From assembly GCA_965214095.1 (NCBI GenBank), contig OZ243938.1, forward strand, positions 1,952,001 through 2,016,000: a stretch of 64,000 nt of DNA, written 5' to 3'. The position numbers and the translations under genes were made by a program. The notes beneath the pieces are model-generated. The model saw only the letters and a program-made list of their open reading frames with translations, had not been told where the DNA came from and did no database searches. This document shows positions 9,792 to 18,996 of this stretch, piece after piece. Positions within the stretch are counted from its first letter, which is position 1. The number at the start of each line of letters is the position of its first letter. The stretch is from Candidatus Poribacteria bacterium. GTDB taxonomy: Bacteria > Poribacteria > WGA-4E > WGA-3G.

Positions 9792-12185
9792 ATGCGAAAA
9801 TTATGTACTATGACATTTGTGCTTTGTCTTGTAATCTCTGTTGCTGGGAATACTTATGCGCAGCTTCCGGATTTTCAAATTGATACCAAGAGTATAACCT
9901 TTTCCAATCCTACACCTATTGAAGGTGAGCAAATACTCATCTGGGTTGATGTAAGAAATGTTGGTGCTGTGGCACCTACGATGAACGAAGATTTAGTTGT
10001 AGACCTATACGAAGGAGACCCATCTACTCAGCCGCTACAAATATTGAGTCCTGGTGTAATCTTGGAGCTCATGCCGGGTGATATTGGACGTATTACTGCG
10101 AAATGGCAACCGCCACTTGGTAAGACCGATATCTATGCGGATGTTAACCCTAAAGGTGACAAACATATCACAGAATTGGATTATACGAATAACAGAGCAC
10201 ACGCAACAATAGTAGCAACAGCAAGAACGTTCCCAGATGTATCAACGGAACAGATTCAAACTGCTATTGACCAAGGTGTTGCATGGATAGAATCACGTCA
10301 AGGCAAGACAAGTCGCACTTGTCTGCAATGTGGCACAGAGAATCAGATCGTCTTATCATGTTTCATCTGTCAAGCCAGTTTAAAGGGACTTGCGGAAAAT
10401 TTTGTACCGGGTCCTGAATGGAATTTCGGAGAAGACCGTATACAAGAGACCTCATTAGCGTTACAAGCACTACTCGCTGCTGGTAAAAAACCTTCTGATC
10501 CATCTGTTCAACGAGGTCTTGATTTTATTTTAAGTGAGGATTGGAATACACTTGCTGTATATCAGTATGCTGTCCTTATTCCCGTATTAGTAGCAACTGA
10601 GAACAGGGAGTATAGAGGAAAAGCGCAATTTGCAGTCAACAAATTAGTTGAAAAGCAACTGCCAATTAAAAACGATGAATTTGCCGATGAACGTGATGAT
10701 GGTGGATGGGGCTACGGATACACAGCAGATGGCGCACACATGAACATGGTTATCTATGCTTTATACGCCGCAAAACAGTGGGGTCTTGATATTCCACAGG
10801 ATACATGGAAACGTGCTGAAAAATGGATTCGACGCAATCAAATAGAAACAGGTGGATGGCTCTATAATTTAGTTGATCAAGGTTCACCTTGGGCAATTGG
10901 TGTTTACGGAAGTATGACAGCGACTGGGTTGTGGGCATTGCGTGCATGTGGTGTGCCTGTTGAAAACATGCAAATTCAAAAAGGAATGGAGTGGATTCGG
11001 AAGCATTGGTCACTTACACGAAATCCTGGTTCGAATTCTTGGTTATACTATTACCTACTTTCTTTACAACGTTTTTGCGACATACCACCTAAGTTAGATA
11101 CGTTGGCTGGTCACGATTGGTATAATGAAATTTCAGCAATGATGGTATCAGAACAGCAACCGGATGGTCGATGGCATGGTGCGGAGAGTGATTTTTTGGC
11201 AAGCTGTTTTGCTGTGATGACATTGAGTCATGCCCTTGTTGGACCCACGGAACCAAATATTGGTATAGTGCCAAATAGTTTGCGGTATTCACCCCCATCA
11301 CCACGGGTCGGAGAAGCCGTAAAATTAACTGCCACACTCAGAAATAGCGGCACACCGCTTGATAAAACTTTGAACGTCATATTCTATGAAAATGATGTTG
11401 AAGTGAAATTAACTGAGGTATTATGGTCACCTACGTTGAATGAAACTGATGTTACGATTGATTGGGTGCCAAAACAGGAAGGTGAAACGACAGTCTCAGT
11501 CGTTGTAGAACTTGAGGACGCTGACGAAAGCGATAACAAAGCCTACGTAACAGTTAAAACATATTCAAAATCAACTTCTGCTACAGATGCAAAATTGGGG
11601 ATACCTAAGAAAATTGGAGAAAACCTACATCAATTAGGTACTGTGGTATTAAATACGAACACAAAAGAGATAACTATTCCGGGTGAAATTAACATAGCAA
11701 CTGATGACACCATAATTGAATTTTTTGCCTGTGGAACACTTGGTAAATCTCATGAGAGTATTCTAATCATTGATGTGGAACCAATACACTTATTTATCGC
11801 ACTTGGTGGATTACTTGAACTTGAACCCGGTAGAAACCTCGCAGTGCAAGGGGATCCACACGAACCGAAGGGTTCCCAAGTTCAGATATGGGTTGAATGG
11901 AATAGAGGAGATGATGTTGCCACCCATAATGCGCATGAGTTGGTATGGAATGCCATCACTGGACAACCGATGCAGAAAACACATTGGATTTTCACGGGTG
12001 GACGTCTTATAAACAACCAGCTTACCTCTCAACTTTATCATAATTTAATCGCCGTTTATCGAGATCCCGATTCACTAATAAATAATCCTTTACCCGGTGG
12101 TACAGATGATAGTACATATCGCGTCAATACAGATGTCATTCCACCTAAAGGCACAAAAGTAAAAGTAAAAATTCGTCCTATATAA
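9792..12185 (+). CDS. Secreted multidomain protein: CARDB + prenyltransferase/squalene-cyclase-like barrel + CARDB + YdjY-like domain
   Basis: Signal peptide; ELDYTNN and DESDNKA CARDB ends; QW-like repeats (DDGGWGY, ETGGWLY, QQPDGRW); C-terminal EFFAC...KSHES. Confidence 0.65.
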   Translation: MRKLCTMTFVLCLVISVAGNTYAQLPDFQIDTKSITFSNPTPIEGEQILIWVDVRNVGAVAPTMNEDLVVDLYEGDPSTQPLQILSPGVILELMPGDIGRITAKWQPPLGKTDIYADVNPKGDKHITELDYTNNRAHATIVATARTFPDVSTEQIQTAIDQGVAWIESRQGKTSRTCLQCGTENQIVLSCFICQASLKGLAENFVPGPEWNFGEDRIQETSLALQALLAAGKKPSDPSVQRGLDFILSEDWNTLAVYQYAVLIPVLVATENREYRGKAQFAVNKLVEKQLPIKNDEFADERDDGGWGYGYTADGAHMNMVIYALYAAKQWGLDIPQDTWKRAEKWIRRNQIETGGWLYNLVDQGSPWAIGVYGSMTATGLWALRACGVPVENMQIQKGMEWIRKHWSLTRNPGSNSWLYYYLLSLQRFCDIPPKLDTLAGHDWYNEISAMMVSEQQPDGRWHGAESDFLASCFAVMTLSHALVGPTEPNIGIVPNSLRYSPPSPRVGEAVKLTATLRNSGTPLDKTLNVIFYENDVEVKLTEVLWSPTLNETDVTIDWVPKQEGETTVSVVVELEDADESDNKAYVTVKTYSKSTSATDAKLGIPKKIGENLHQLGTVVLNTNTKEITIPGEINIATDDTIIEFFACGTLGKSHESILIIDVEPIHLFIALGGLLELEPGRNLAVQGDPHEPKGSQVQIWVEWNRGDDVATHNAHELVWNAITGQPMQKTHWIFTGGRLINNQLTSQLYHNLIAVYRDPDSLINNPLPGGTDDSTYRVNTDVIPPKGTKVKVKIRPI

Positions 12186-12187
12186 CT

Positions 12188-12415
12188 GAGGGGTGTGCAT
12201 AAATAATCGGTGGATCAACATAGATGGTGACACACGTCACAAACCTCTTCATGTGGATGGGTACCATTCTTAGTGCAAAAAGGACAAGATTTTGTAGGTC
12301 GGGTAGAGTTTGCGAAATCCGACATGCAAGACTGGATACGATTGTGTCGGGTTTCACTGCGTTCTACCCGACCTACGACATAAGTTTAGAATCAAATTTA
12401 TTTATGCACACCCTC
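12188..12415. mobile_element. MITE-like element with GGGTGTGCATAAATAA inverted ends and REP-like core GTAGGTCGGGTAGA...TCTACCCGACCTAC
   Basis: 16-bp perfect TIR (12191-12206 / 12398-12413); imperfect flanking repeat ATATAACT / ATATAACC. Confidence 0.65.
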
Positions 12416-12476
12416 ATATAACCAAATTTCCAAAGGATATGGGTCGACGGAATGTTGAGGACATTAAGAGGATATT

Positions 12477-12755
12477 GTGAGAGATTCAACTGTATATCAA
12501 GTAATCATAGAACGTGGCATTGAACAAGGCATTGAACAAGGCAGACAAATTGGAGCAAAGGAGTTTGCTATCAACCAGATATTGGACACACTCAATAACC
12601 GTTTCAATATGAATACAGCTGCAACTTTAACCTCTTCACTTGAAGAAATTGACAATTTAGAAGATTTTAAAGAACTTATACGGGAAGCATCGGTATCAGA
12701 ACATTTAGAGGATTTTGTCCACGCTTTAGATTCTTGCCGTAATGGTTCACAATAG
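12477..12755 (+). pseudogene. C-terminal fragment of Rpn/DUF4351-like protein
   Basis: MRDSTVYQ..IERGIEQGIEQG is a typical Rpn-family tail. The N-terminal nuclease domain is absent and the fragment starts close to a MITE-like element. Confidence 0.55.
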
Positions 12756-12772
12756 TTCTTGGAAGGTAAGTT

Positions 12773-12955
12773 ATGCCAATTTTTGAATATCACTGCAAAA
12801 CATGCGAAACCAACTTTGAAGTATTACAACGTACAAAAGATGTCAAAGCACTCCCAAAATGTCCTGATTGTGGCAATCAGAATACAAAGAAACGTCTCTC
12901 TTCTTTCGCCGCTAAAGGGACGCAAAAGGTAACCGTTCAAGATAATGCTACTTGA
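12773..12955 (+). CDS. FmdB-family zinc ribbon protein
   Basis: MPIFEYHCKTC...CPDCG...KRLSSF. Confidence 0.85.
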   Translation: MPIFEYHCKTCETNFEVLQRTKDVKALPKCPDCGNQNTKKRLSSFAAKGTQKVTVQDNAT

Positions 12956-14391
12956 GCAATTCCAAATATTGGCAGTTAGTCATCATGAAACAGAATCCAG
13001 AAAAAAAGATAAATGTTCTCCGTGAAGTTGGAGACAACAAAGTTTTTCCGGTATATCTACTCTGTGGTACGGAAACGTTTCTGATTGAAGGTACACTTAA
13101 ACAGGTGCTGGATAAACTGCTATCACCGGACACACGTGATTTCAATTTAACCATTTTAGATGGAAATAATGTTTCTGTGCGGGATATCCTTAGCAATGTT
13201 GAGTTATATCCGACAATGTCGGATTGGCGTGTTGTTGTGGTAGAAAATTTTTCTGCATTTAAGTCAAAGAAACGCACCACATCTCCACTCACTGTAGTTC
13301 GAGAAGCAATGAAGTCTGAATCAGAGGATGTTCAAAAATGTGTGAATGTTGTCGCAAAACTTATTGGAATTTCCACACAACAAATTGCTGATGGGAATAC
13401 AGATTTCGTCAGTGCAATTGATGAGATTAGTGAAACGCTTGGTAGCAGTGTGCCAGAAGATATCCAAGCATTTTTCAAGCGATTACCACAACTTGCCAGT
13501 CAACTTGATGAACATCAAGAAGTTAGAAGCAGCAACGAAGACACAGAACTATTATTGGAATGGCTTGAAGGAGACCTGCCTGAGTCAAGTGTTCTCATCT
13601 TTGTGGAAAAGAGTGAAGTAAGTAGTAATCATCGTATTTCAAAAGCAATTCAGAAAGTTGGTAGGTATGTCTCTTATGATCCATTGGAAAAAGGCAGTTC
13701 ACTCAACAAGGATCCACTTTATAAGAAAGTAGTGGAGAAGTTTGAAACTTATGACAAGAGAATAACACCGCGTGCTTTTGAACAACTACGGAATCGGACT
13801 GGTGGTGACATGCACATGATTGCTGAAGCTATCAACAAGATTATCAACTTTGTTGGAGACAAACAACAGATAGATGAAGTTGATGTCCGAAATATTGTAT
13901 CTCAGTCTACTTACGATAGGATTTTCGATTTGACCGATGCAATTGGTAAACGTTCAATTCGCCAAGGATTGAAAAGTCTACGGGAAATATTAGCCAGTGG
14001 TGTTAACCCAAATATGATTGCTGGTGCTATCGTTAGTCATCTACGTTTGACCTTACAAGCGAAATTAATCGCGAAGGAAAAAGAACTAAAACCGATTAGT
14101 AGGCAGCTACGTTACAACGATTTTATTACAAAGATATTTGAACCGTTGGCTGAGGAATTGGGCGAGTTGCTACCTAATGCATCAGAACATAACATATTAA
14201 AACGCAATCCGTATCCGGCATATAAGATATTTCAAACGTTACACGCATTCACAACAGAAGAGTTGGTGTCTGCGATGGAAAAAACTTTGGAGATGCAAAT
14301 CCAATCCAGAACAACACATACTAATGAGGAACTTCTGCTTGAACAGTTAGTCTATGAAATTTGTAACGATACCAAACCGAGATGGAGTTAA
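12952..14391 (+). CDS. holA: DNA polymerase III delta subunit (with insertion)
   Basis: PVYLLCGTETFLI, DFNLTILDG, IFDLTDAIG; 479 aa; alternative ATG at 12985. Confidence 0.8.
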   Translation: MSNSKYWQLVIMKQNPEKKINVLREVGDNKVFPVYLLCGTETFLIEGTLKQVLDKLLSPDTRDFNLTILDGNNVSVRDILSNVELYPTMSDWRVVVVENFSAFKSKKRTTSPLTVVREAMKSESEDVQKCVNVVAKLIGISTQQIADGNTDFVSAIDEISETLGSSVPEDIQAFFKRLPQLASQLDEHQEVRSSNEDTELLLEWLEGDLPESSVLIFVEKSEVSSNHRISKAIQKVGRYVSYDPLEKGSSLNKDPLYKKVVEKFETYDKRITPRAFEQLRNRTGGDMHMIAEAINKIINFVGDKQQIDEVDVRNIVSQSTYDRIFDLTDAIGKRSIRQGLKSLREILASGVNPNMIAGAIVSHLRLTLQAKLIAKEKELKPISRQLRYNDFITKIFEPLAEELGELLPNASEHNILKRNPYPAYKIFQTLHAFTTEELVSAMEKTLEMQIQSRTTHTNEELLLEQLVYEICNDTKPRWS

Positions 14392-15128
14392 TGTGTCAGT
14401 GTATATATGACAGAATTGATTCCTATTTTCAGTGCGATATTTGAATATTCGCGAGGATATGAAGCCATTGCAGCGTGTTCCCAAGCATCGCCCAAATCAG
14501 AATTGAAGCAAATCAGCATCATAAGTTTTCCTTTATCATCAGTCACACCGAGATATTTTGCTGGATGACCGTCAAAACGTTCATAAGTCCTTCCACTGTA
14601 GAGTGCGCGTAAACCGGGTATTTGAATCAGTTTTTCAATCTTGTAGAAGCATTGGAAAATTCGGTGTGTAACTGGTATTTCAACCGGTTCACGGTTCGGA
14701 AAAATCTTTTTGAATTCTTTATAGAACCGCTTCCACTCTATCCCTCCGTGAAAATCATCAACAAAGAGAAAACCGCCGCGTAATAGATATTCACGCAGAT
14801 TTGCTGCTTCTGCATTACTCAGCCGCATGCTGCCTACTTCAAGGACATAAGCAAAAGGATAATCAAATAGGTCTTTTGAACCGACTGAGATATGAATACT
14901 ATCAGGTGCAACACTAATATTGGTCTGCTTTTTGAGTTGATAAATAAAGTTTCGATCAGAGGCAGGATAATCAACTTCCCAATTACTTAGCTGTGTGAGT
15001 CTACCACTGTATTTTAGGCGTACGAAGGCGAAATCGTATTCAGGGTTAGCATCTGAAATTACAATTACATTCGGAAAGACGATTGTAAAGAGGATAGATA
15101 AAACGATAGTATTTCGCATTTTTATCAC
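14388..15128 (-). CDS. DUF4159 domain protein
   Basis: FAFVRLKY, WEVDYP, LREYLLRGGFLFVDDF, NSDLGDAWE. Confidence 0.85.
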   Translation of the reverse strand: MIKMRNTIVLSILFTIVFPNVIVISDANPEYDFAFVRLKYSGRLTQLSNWEVDYPASDRNFIYQLKKQTNISVAPDSIHISVGSKDLFDYPFAYVLEVGSMRLSNAEAANLREYLLRGGFLFVDDFHGGIEWKRFYKEFKKIFPNREPVEIPVTHRIFQCFYKIEKLIQIPGLRALYSGRTYERFDGHPAKYLGVTDDKGKLMMLICFNSDLGDAWEHAAMASYPREYSNIALKIGINSVIYTLTH

Positions 15129-17443
15129 TAAAAACTATAACTCCATCCAAAAGATGTATTGTAACCTTGCCATGAATCCAAAGTTTTAGCAATATTAAAC
15201 CTAAAAAAGCCGGCATCATGAAACTGTAAACCGATGCCTACATCTGCTTTGGGGTCAAAGGAGAACGTTGAATCAGACACATTCCATACTTGTCCTTCAT
15301 CAAGAAAGAGGACAAAAAAGAAATTCTTGAAAAAATCCCGATTAACCAAGTTTTTTAAACGGTGATGATATTCAATGTTCAGCAAGAATCCACCGTCACC
15401 CATAAAAGCATATTTAGAGGAACTTACCTCGGGTGTTGTAGCAGTCTCATTTGCTGATTCAAAGAGAGGGTATCCTCTCAAACCACCTAAACCACTAATT
15501 GCAAACTGTCTCTGTTCGGGTAATGGGTTATCAGAGAAACCGAATAGTAACCGAGTTCTGACGCGGTTATCATCTAAAGGAAAAGCATAACGCAGATGTA
15601 TTTGGAGGCGAGTAAAATCAAAATCTGAACCGAAAGCAATGTTACTATGTTCAACAGACATTGTATTATCCCAACCAAGATATTCTTGCTGTGTGTTGAA
15701 ACTGTAATTCAAGGTAAGGCTGTGTATACGTCCTGGTGTGATAGCAGGATTTTGTCTGGCTTCAATATGTTTTGATACCCATTGCGAAATATTCCAATCA
15801 GTGCTTTTTTGAAGACTTTCGTGTGATTCTGCGATCATTGACATATTGAACGTATGTTCTGGTAACCTTGGACTCCATTCTAATTGGACTTCAAATCCTT
15901 TTCTCAAATAGTAATTTGCTAGACCAGGATATCCTAATATGTGTTGAAAAGTGAAGAATCCCTGTCTATAGTTTGGAAATAGTTCAGGAGCTACTACATC
16001 GGATTGACGGTGGACATGTCCCATCAATCCGAATTTCCATAGATATGGTTCACCCCAGTTTATTCTACCACCGAATCGATAATGGAATTTGGGATTTCCT
16101 AATGTAGTGCTAATTCTACCAAATAGGTTATATGTGCGCGTATTTAATAAATGCGGCACATTCCACTGCCATAATGGTCCAATTTCTGTAGGTTTTCCAA
16201 TTTGAAATCCTGTGCCGAATTCCCAGTCGGTAACACGGTTGAACCCCAGAAATAGAGGAGGGCGAAACCCAAGATATAAATCCGAAGACAGAGGTTTTTC
16301 TGCCAATGTGATCGTTGCAACACGACTGTAGTTCTCTTCTTTAACCCGCAGTTTTATCTCAGAAAAATAGGGCATTACTTTGAATAAAGTTTTTAGAGCT
16401 TGTTCAATATTCTCCGATCCGTTATTTAGATGTCTGCGAATATCTTGTTCTGATATTTTCTGATTTCCAATAATCCTTATCTCGTGAATAGGCGCATTTG
16501 CTGCTTTGAAACGTGTTGCCTCGTCTGGAAATAACTCATCAATCTCAAGATTGGAAGTGGTTGATTTTATTCGCCGATGTGTTCCACTATGATTGATCAT
16601 GAGCGATCTTAATACTGATACTGATTTTGAACGTTTCCGATTCTTCATAGTAAGAATTGCTATATTCGCTCCATTTTCCTCGGTGACCTTAACAGAAACA
16701 GTCCGGTGAGGTGGGAGCGATTTAATGATCATCGGTAACACATTTTTGAGATCACCCGAACCTTTCTCAAGAAACTTAAATATTTTGTTTTCCTCATTTC
16801 TCTGTGTATTTTGAATGATGAAATCATCAATTGGTAAGCTATCGTAATGCCAAGATGAAATCGGTGGATCAAAGGGTATGTCCGATGAAGAACTTTTCTC
16901 TTTCTTCAATGTCTCTGTTGTTGGTGGTACCACAACAGAATCAGGTAACTGTCTAAGATTTTCCAATTCTGTTATATCAATACCGAGTTGGTTAAGGTTT
17001 CTTATTATATTTACTACTTGTTTGGGTGGAATTTCTCCAGTGATATTTATCAGATACACTTCCTCTCCACTACTTACAATAATGAAGATTCCAACAACAG
17101 AGTCATTTTGTGTGAGTGTGAAAAGATACAATTTCTCATTTCTCTGATATGTGCTCCATCCTCGTGTTATTAGTCTATTATTATAGTAGTTGAGCATTTG
17201 CTGATAATTAAGACCTTTTCTATGATAACTTCGCAAATATAGGTTGTCAACGTGGCTAAATGATGATGTAATGTCAGGGTTTGGATTGTCCATCACATCA
17301 GTAATAGTCCTGTGGTCTAAGTCAAATTCAAATTGTGGCGAAGGTGAATTCTGCCACTTGAATGCGACTTTACCACTATTGGTTTGTGCATTTACAGCAG
17401 TGCATATTAATAGTATAAAGAGTATATTTATTTTGTACTTCAT
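15128..17443 (-). CDS. Omp85 (BamA/TamA)-like outer-membrane protein with N-terminal DUF4252-like domain
   Basis: Signal peptide; POTRA-like IRIIGNQKIS; GGLRGY lid motif; FLDEGQVW; terminal SYSF beta-signal. Confidence 0.7.
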   Translation of the reverse strand: MKYKINILFILLICTAVNAQTNSGKVAFKWQNSPSPQFEFDLDHRTITDVMDNPNPDITSSFSHVDNLYLRSYHRKGLNYQQMLNYYNNRLITRGWSTYQRNEKLYLFTLTQNDSVVGIFIIVSSGEEVYLINITGEIPPKQVVNIIRNLNQLGIDITELENLRQLPDSVVVPPTTETLKKEKSSSSDIPFDPPISSWHYDSLPIDDFIIQNTQRNEENKIFKFLEKGSGDLKNVLPMIIKSLPPHRTVSVKVTEENGANIAILTMKNRKRSKSVSVLRSLMINHSGTHRRIKSTTSNLEIDELFPDEATRFKAANAPIHEIRIIGNQKISEQDIRRHLNNGSENIEQALKTLFKVMPYFSEIKLRVKEENYSRVATITLAEKPLSSDLYLGFRPPLFLGFNRVTDWEFGTGFQIGKPTEIGPLWQWNVPHLLNTRTYNLFGRISTTLGNPKFHYRFGGRINWGEPYLWKFGLMGHVHRQSDVVAPELFPNYRQGFFTFQHILGYPGLANYYLRKGFEVQLEWSPRLPEHTFNMSMIAESHESLQKSTDWNISQWVSKHIEARQNPAITPGRIHSLTLNYSFNTQQEYLGWDNTMSVEHSNIAFGSDFDFTRLQIHLRYAFPLDDNRVRTRLLFGFSDNPLPEQRQFAISGLGGLRGYPLFESANETATTPEVSSSKYAFMGDGGFLLNIEYHHRLKNLVNRDFFKNFFFVLFLDEGQVWNVSDSTFSFDPKADVGIGLQFHDAGFFRFNIAKTLDSWQGYNTSFGWSYSF

Positions 17444-17457
17444 AATGTTACGTATGA

Positions 17458-17560
17458 TATAGTAGATTTTTAAATTACTTGAACACTCTGCATCGGCGAG
17501 GTTAGGAAACCTCGCCTACCGTGGGTCGAAAGTGTCAACTTATATTTATAATTCACTATA
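17458..17560. mobile_element. 103-bp MITE-like element TATAGT...ACTATA with core GGCGAGGTTAGGAAACCTCGCCTAC
   Basis: Near-identical copies at 57870-57972 and 59560-59661. Confidence 0.8.
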
Positions 17561-17566
17561 ATATGT

Positions 17567-18664
17567 CTATTTTTTGACTTTCTGTTTTAATGATTTCAAT
17601 GCATCTGGCACTTCAGGTTTTCCGGGATGGAAGATAACTTCTGCCGGTACAATTTGTCTTGGACGGTTAGGCGGTTTATAAAACCATTGTAGTGCAATTT
17701 GGAAGCGCGGACCTTGGAAATAGTGTATCTGAACAGGGTGAAATCCAGCATTCAGTCTAATGGAGGATCTTCTGCTGGAAGGACCGTGAGTGCCATCATG
17801 ATTAACAACCAATTTTCCGTTGATGTATAACTTGAATCCATCATCAGAGAGCATTTCGAACATATAGACTCCAGGCGTATCCACTGCAAGTTTTCCGTGG
17901 AAGTGGATAGCAAAGTTCTCAAGTACTTCCTGTTTCTTTGGTGTGGGAAAACCTTCTGTATAGTGTCTTGCCGAAACATCTAAATTCGCAGTGGTAAAGG
18001 AATAAACAGGTGTCATTCTTTTGAAATTTGGCAATCGGTGGATAGGCGTATCAGATATGTAGACTTTACCAACTAAACCGTGTCCAGGCATCACATCAGT
18101 GTTAAAAATACCAAGTCCCGTATCTCCTTCTGTGTATCCAATTGAAGGCAGATCGTCTGTGTTAGATATTCCTGCTAATCTCTTCCCCATGCCACCTTCT
18201 TTTCCGGAACCTGATCCACCGCGACCTACACCGCGTTTGGTTCCTCCTGCTCCACGAAATTCAGGAATTACGACGGGACCTGCCGCATCTGTATCTTTTC
18301 CAAAACTTGCGTTGGGTAAAGAAGATGAATTCGTTTGTGGAATATCAGCAAATGTTACAATTTCCGGGGCAAGGTCATCGTAGATTGGTGCTTTTGGCGG
18401 ATTCATTTCTGGAGCATATTTCGGTGCAGCACGAGTAATTGATGGTGAACCGCTATCTGTTCTAATTTTTGGTTTAACAGACTTATGTTCAAGCTTTGTG
18501 CGTCGTTTTATACGTTCAGGTGATTCGACCTTAAAGAACTCAAGAGATAAAGGATTTTCAAATTCATTGAGATGTTTTACGATAAATGGTGATATAGATA
18601 GGACTAAAATGAAATGAATACATAAGGAGATCAATAGTGATATTTTATTTCTGTTACTTTTCAT
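17567..18664 (-). CDS. Membrane-anchored PA14-domain protein with TonB-like N-terminus
   Basis: SLCIH transmembrane anchor; Pro/Gly-rich linker; SDDGFKLYING...NHDGTHG PA14 motif. Confidence 0.8.
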   Translation of the reverse strand: MKSNRNKISLLISLCIHFILVLSISPFIVKHLNEFENPLSLEFFKVESPERIKRRTKLEHKSVKPKIRTDSGSPSITRAAPKYAPEMNPPKAPIYDDLAPEIVTFADIPQTNSSSLPNASFGKDTDAAGPVVIPEFRGAGGTKRGVGRGGSGSGKEGGMGKRLAGISNTDDLPSIGYTEGDTGLGIFNTDVMPGHGLVGKVYISDTPIHRLPNFKRMTPVYSFTTANLDVSARHYTEGFPTPKKQEVLENFAIHFHGKLAVDTPGVYMFEMLSDDGFKLYINGKLVVNHDGTHGPSSRRSSIRLNAGFHPVQIHYFQGPRFQIALQWFYKPPNRPRQIVPAEVIFHPGKPEVPDALKSLKQKVKK

Positions 18665-18704
18665 GGTTTTGTTCCCTCTCTATTTTGATGTATCCGTTCT
18701 ATGT

Positions 18705-18980
18705 TATAGTGAAATCTATAATTACTTGCACACAATTGTAGCGCAAACTGCATGAAGATTAACAAATAAATAGGGTAATTTCCTTGAGAAGTCCGGTGCG
18801 GTTAGGAAACCGCACCTACCGGGTTTGGGAAAATGAGAATTACCCGTTTAATAAATTAATCTTCATCCAGTTTGCGTACCACTACTGCACAAACTGGCAG
18901 TTTGTGCTACGGCACAGTCCAGGTCTGTTGGTTTAGGTCTCACGTACCAAAAGTGTGCATATATTTTGTATTTCACTATA
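18705..18980. mobile_element. Three-level nested MITE/REP composite
   Basis: Outer TATAGTGAAAT/ATTTCACTATA; middle ATGAAGATTAA/TTAATCTTCAT (18752-18866); inner GGGTAATT/AATTACCC (18773-18845). Confidence 0.7.
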
Positions 18981-18996
18981 ATGTATATGTAGACTA

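Noticed and set aside
9792-12185. Squalene-hopene cyclase call
   Set aside because: No DxDD motif, a single barrel, and a secretion signal
12224-12421. Short ORFs over intergenic repeats (also 22299, 28314, 48494, 57933, 59389, 59551)
   Set aside because: They are translations of MITE/REP or tRNA sequence
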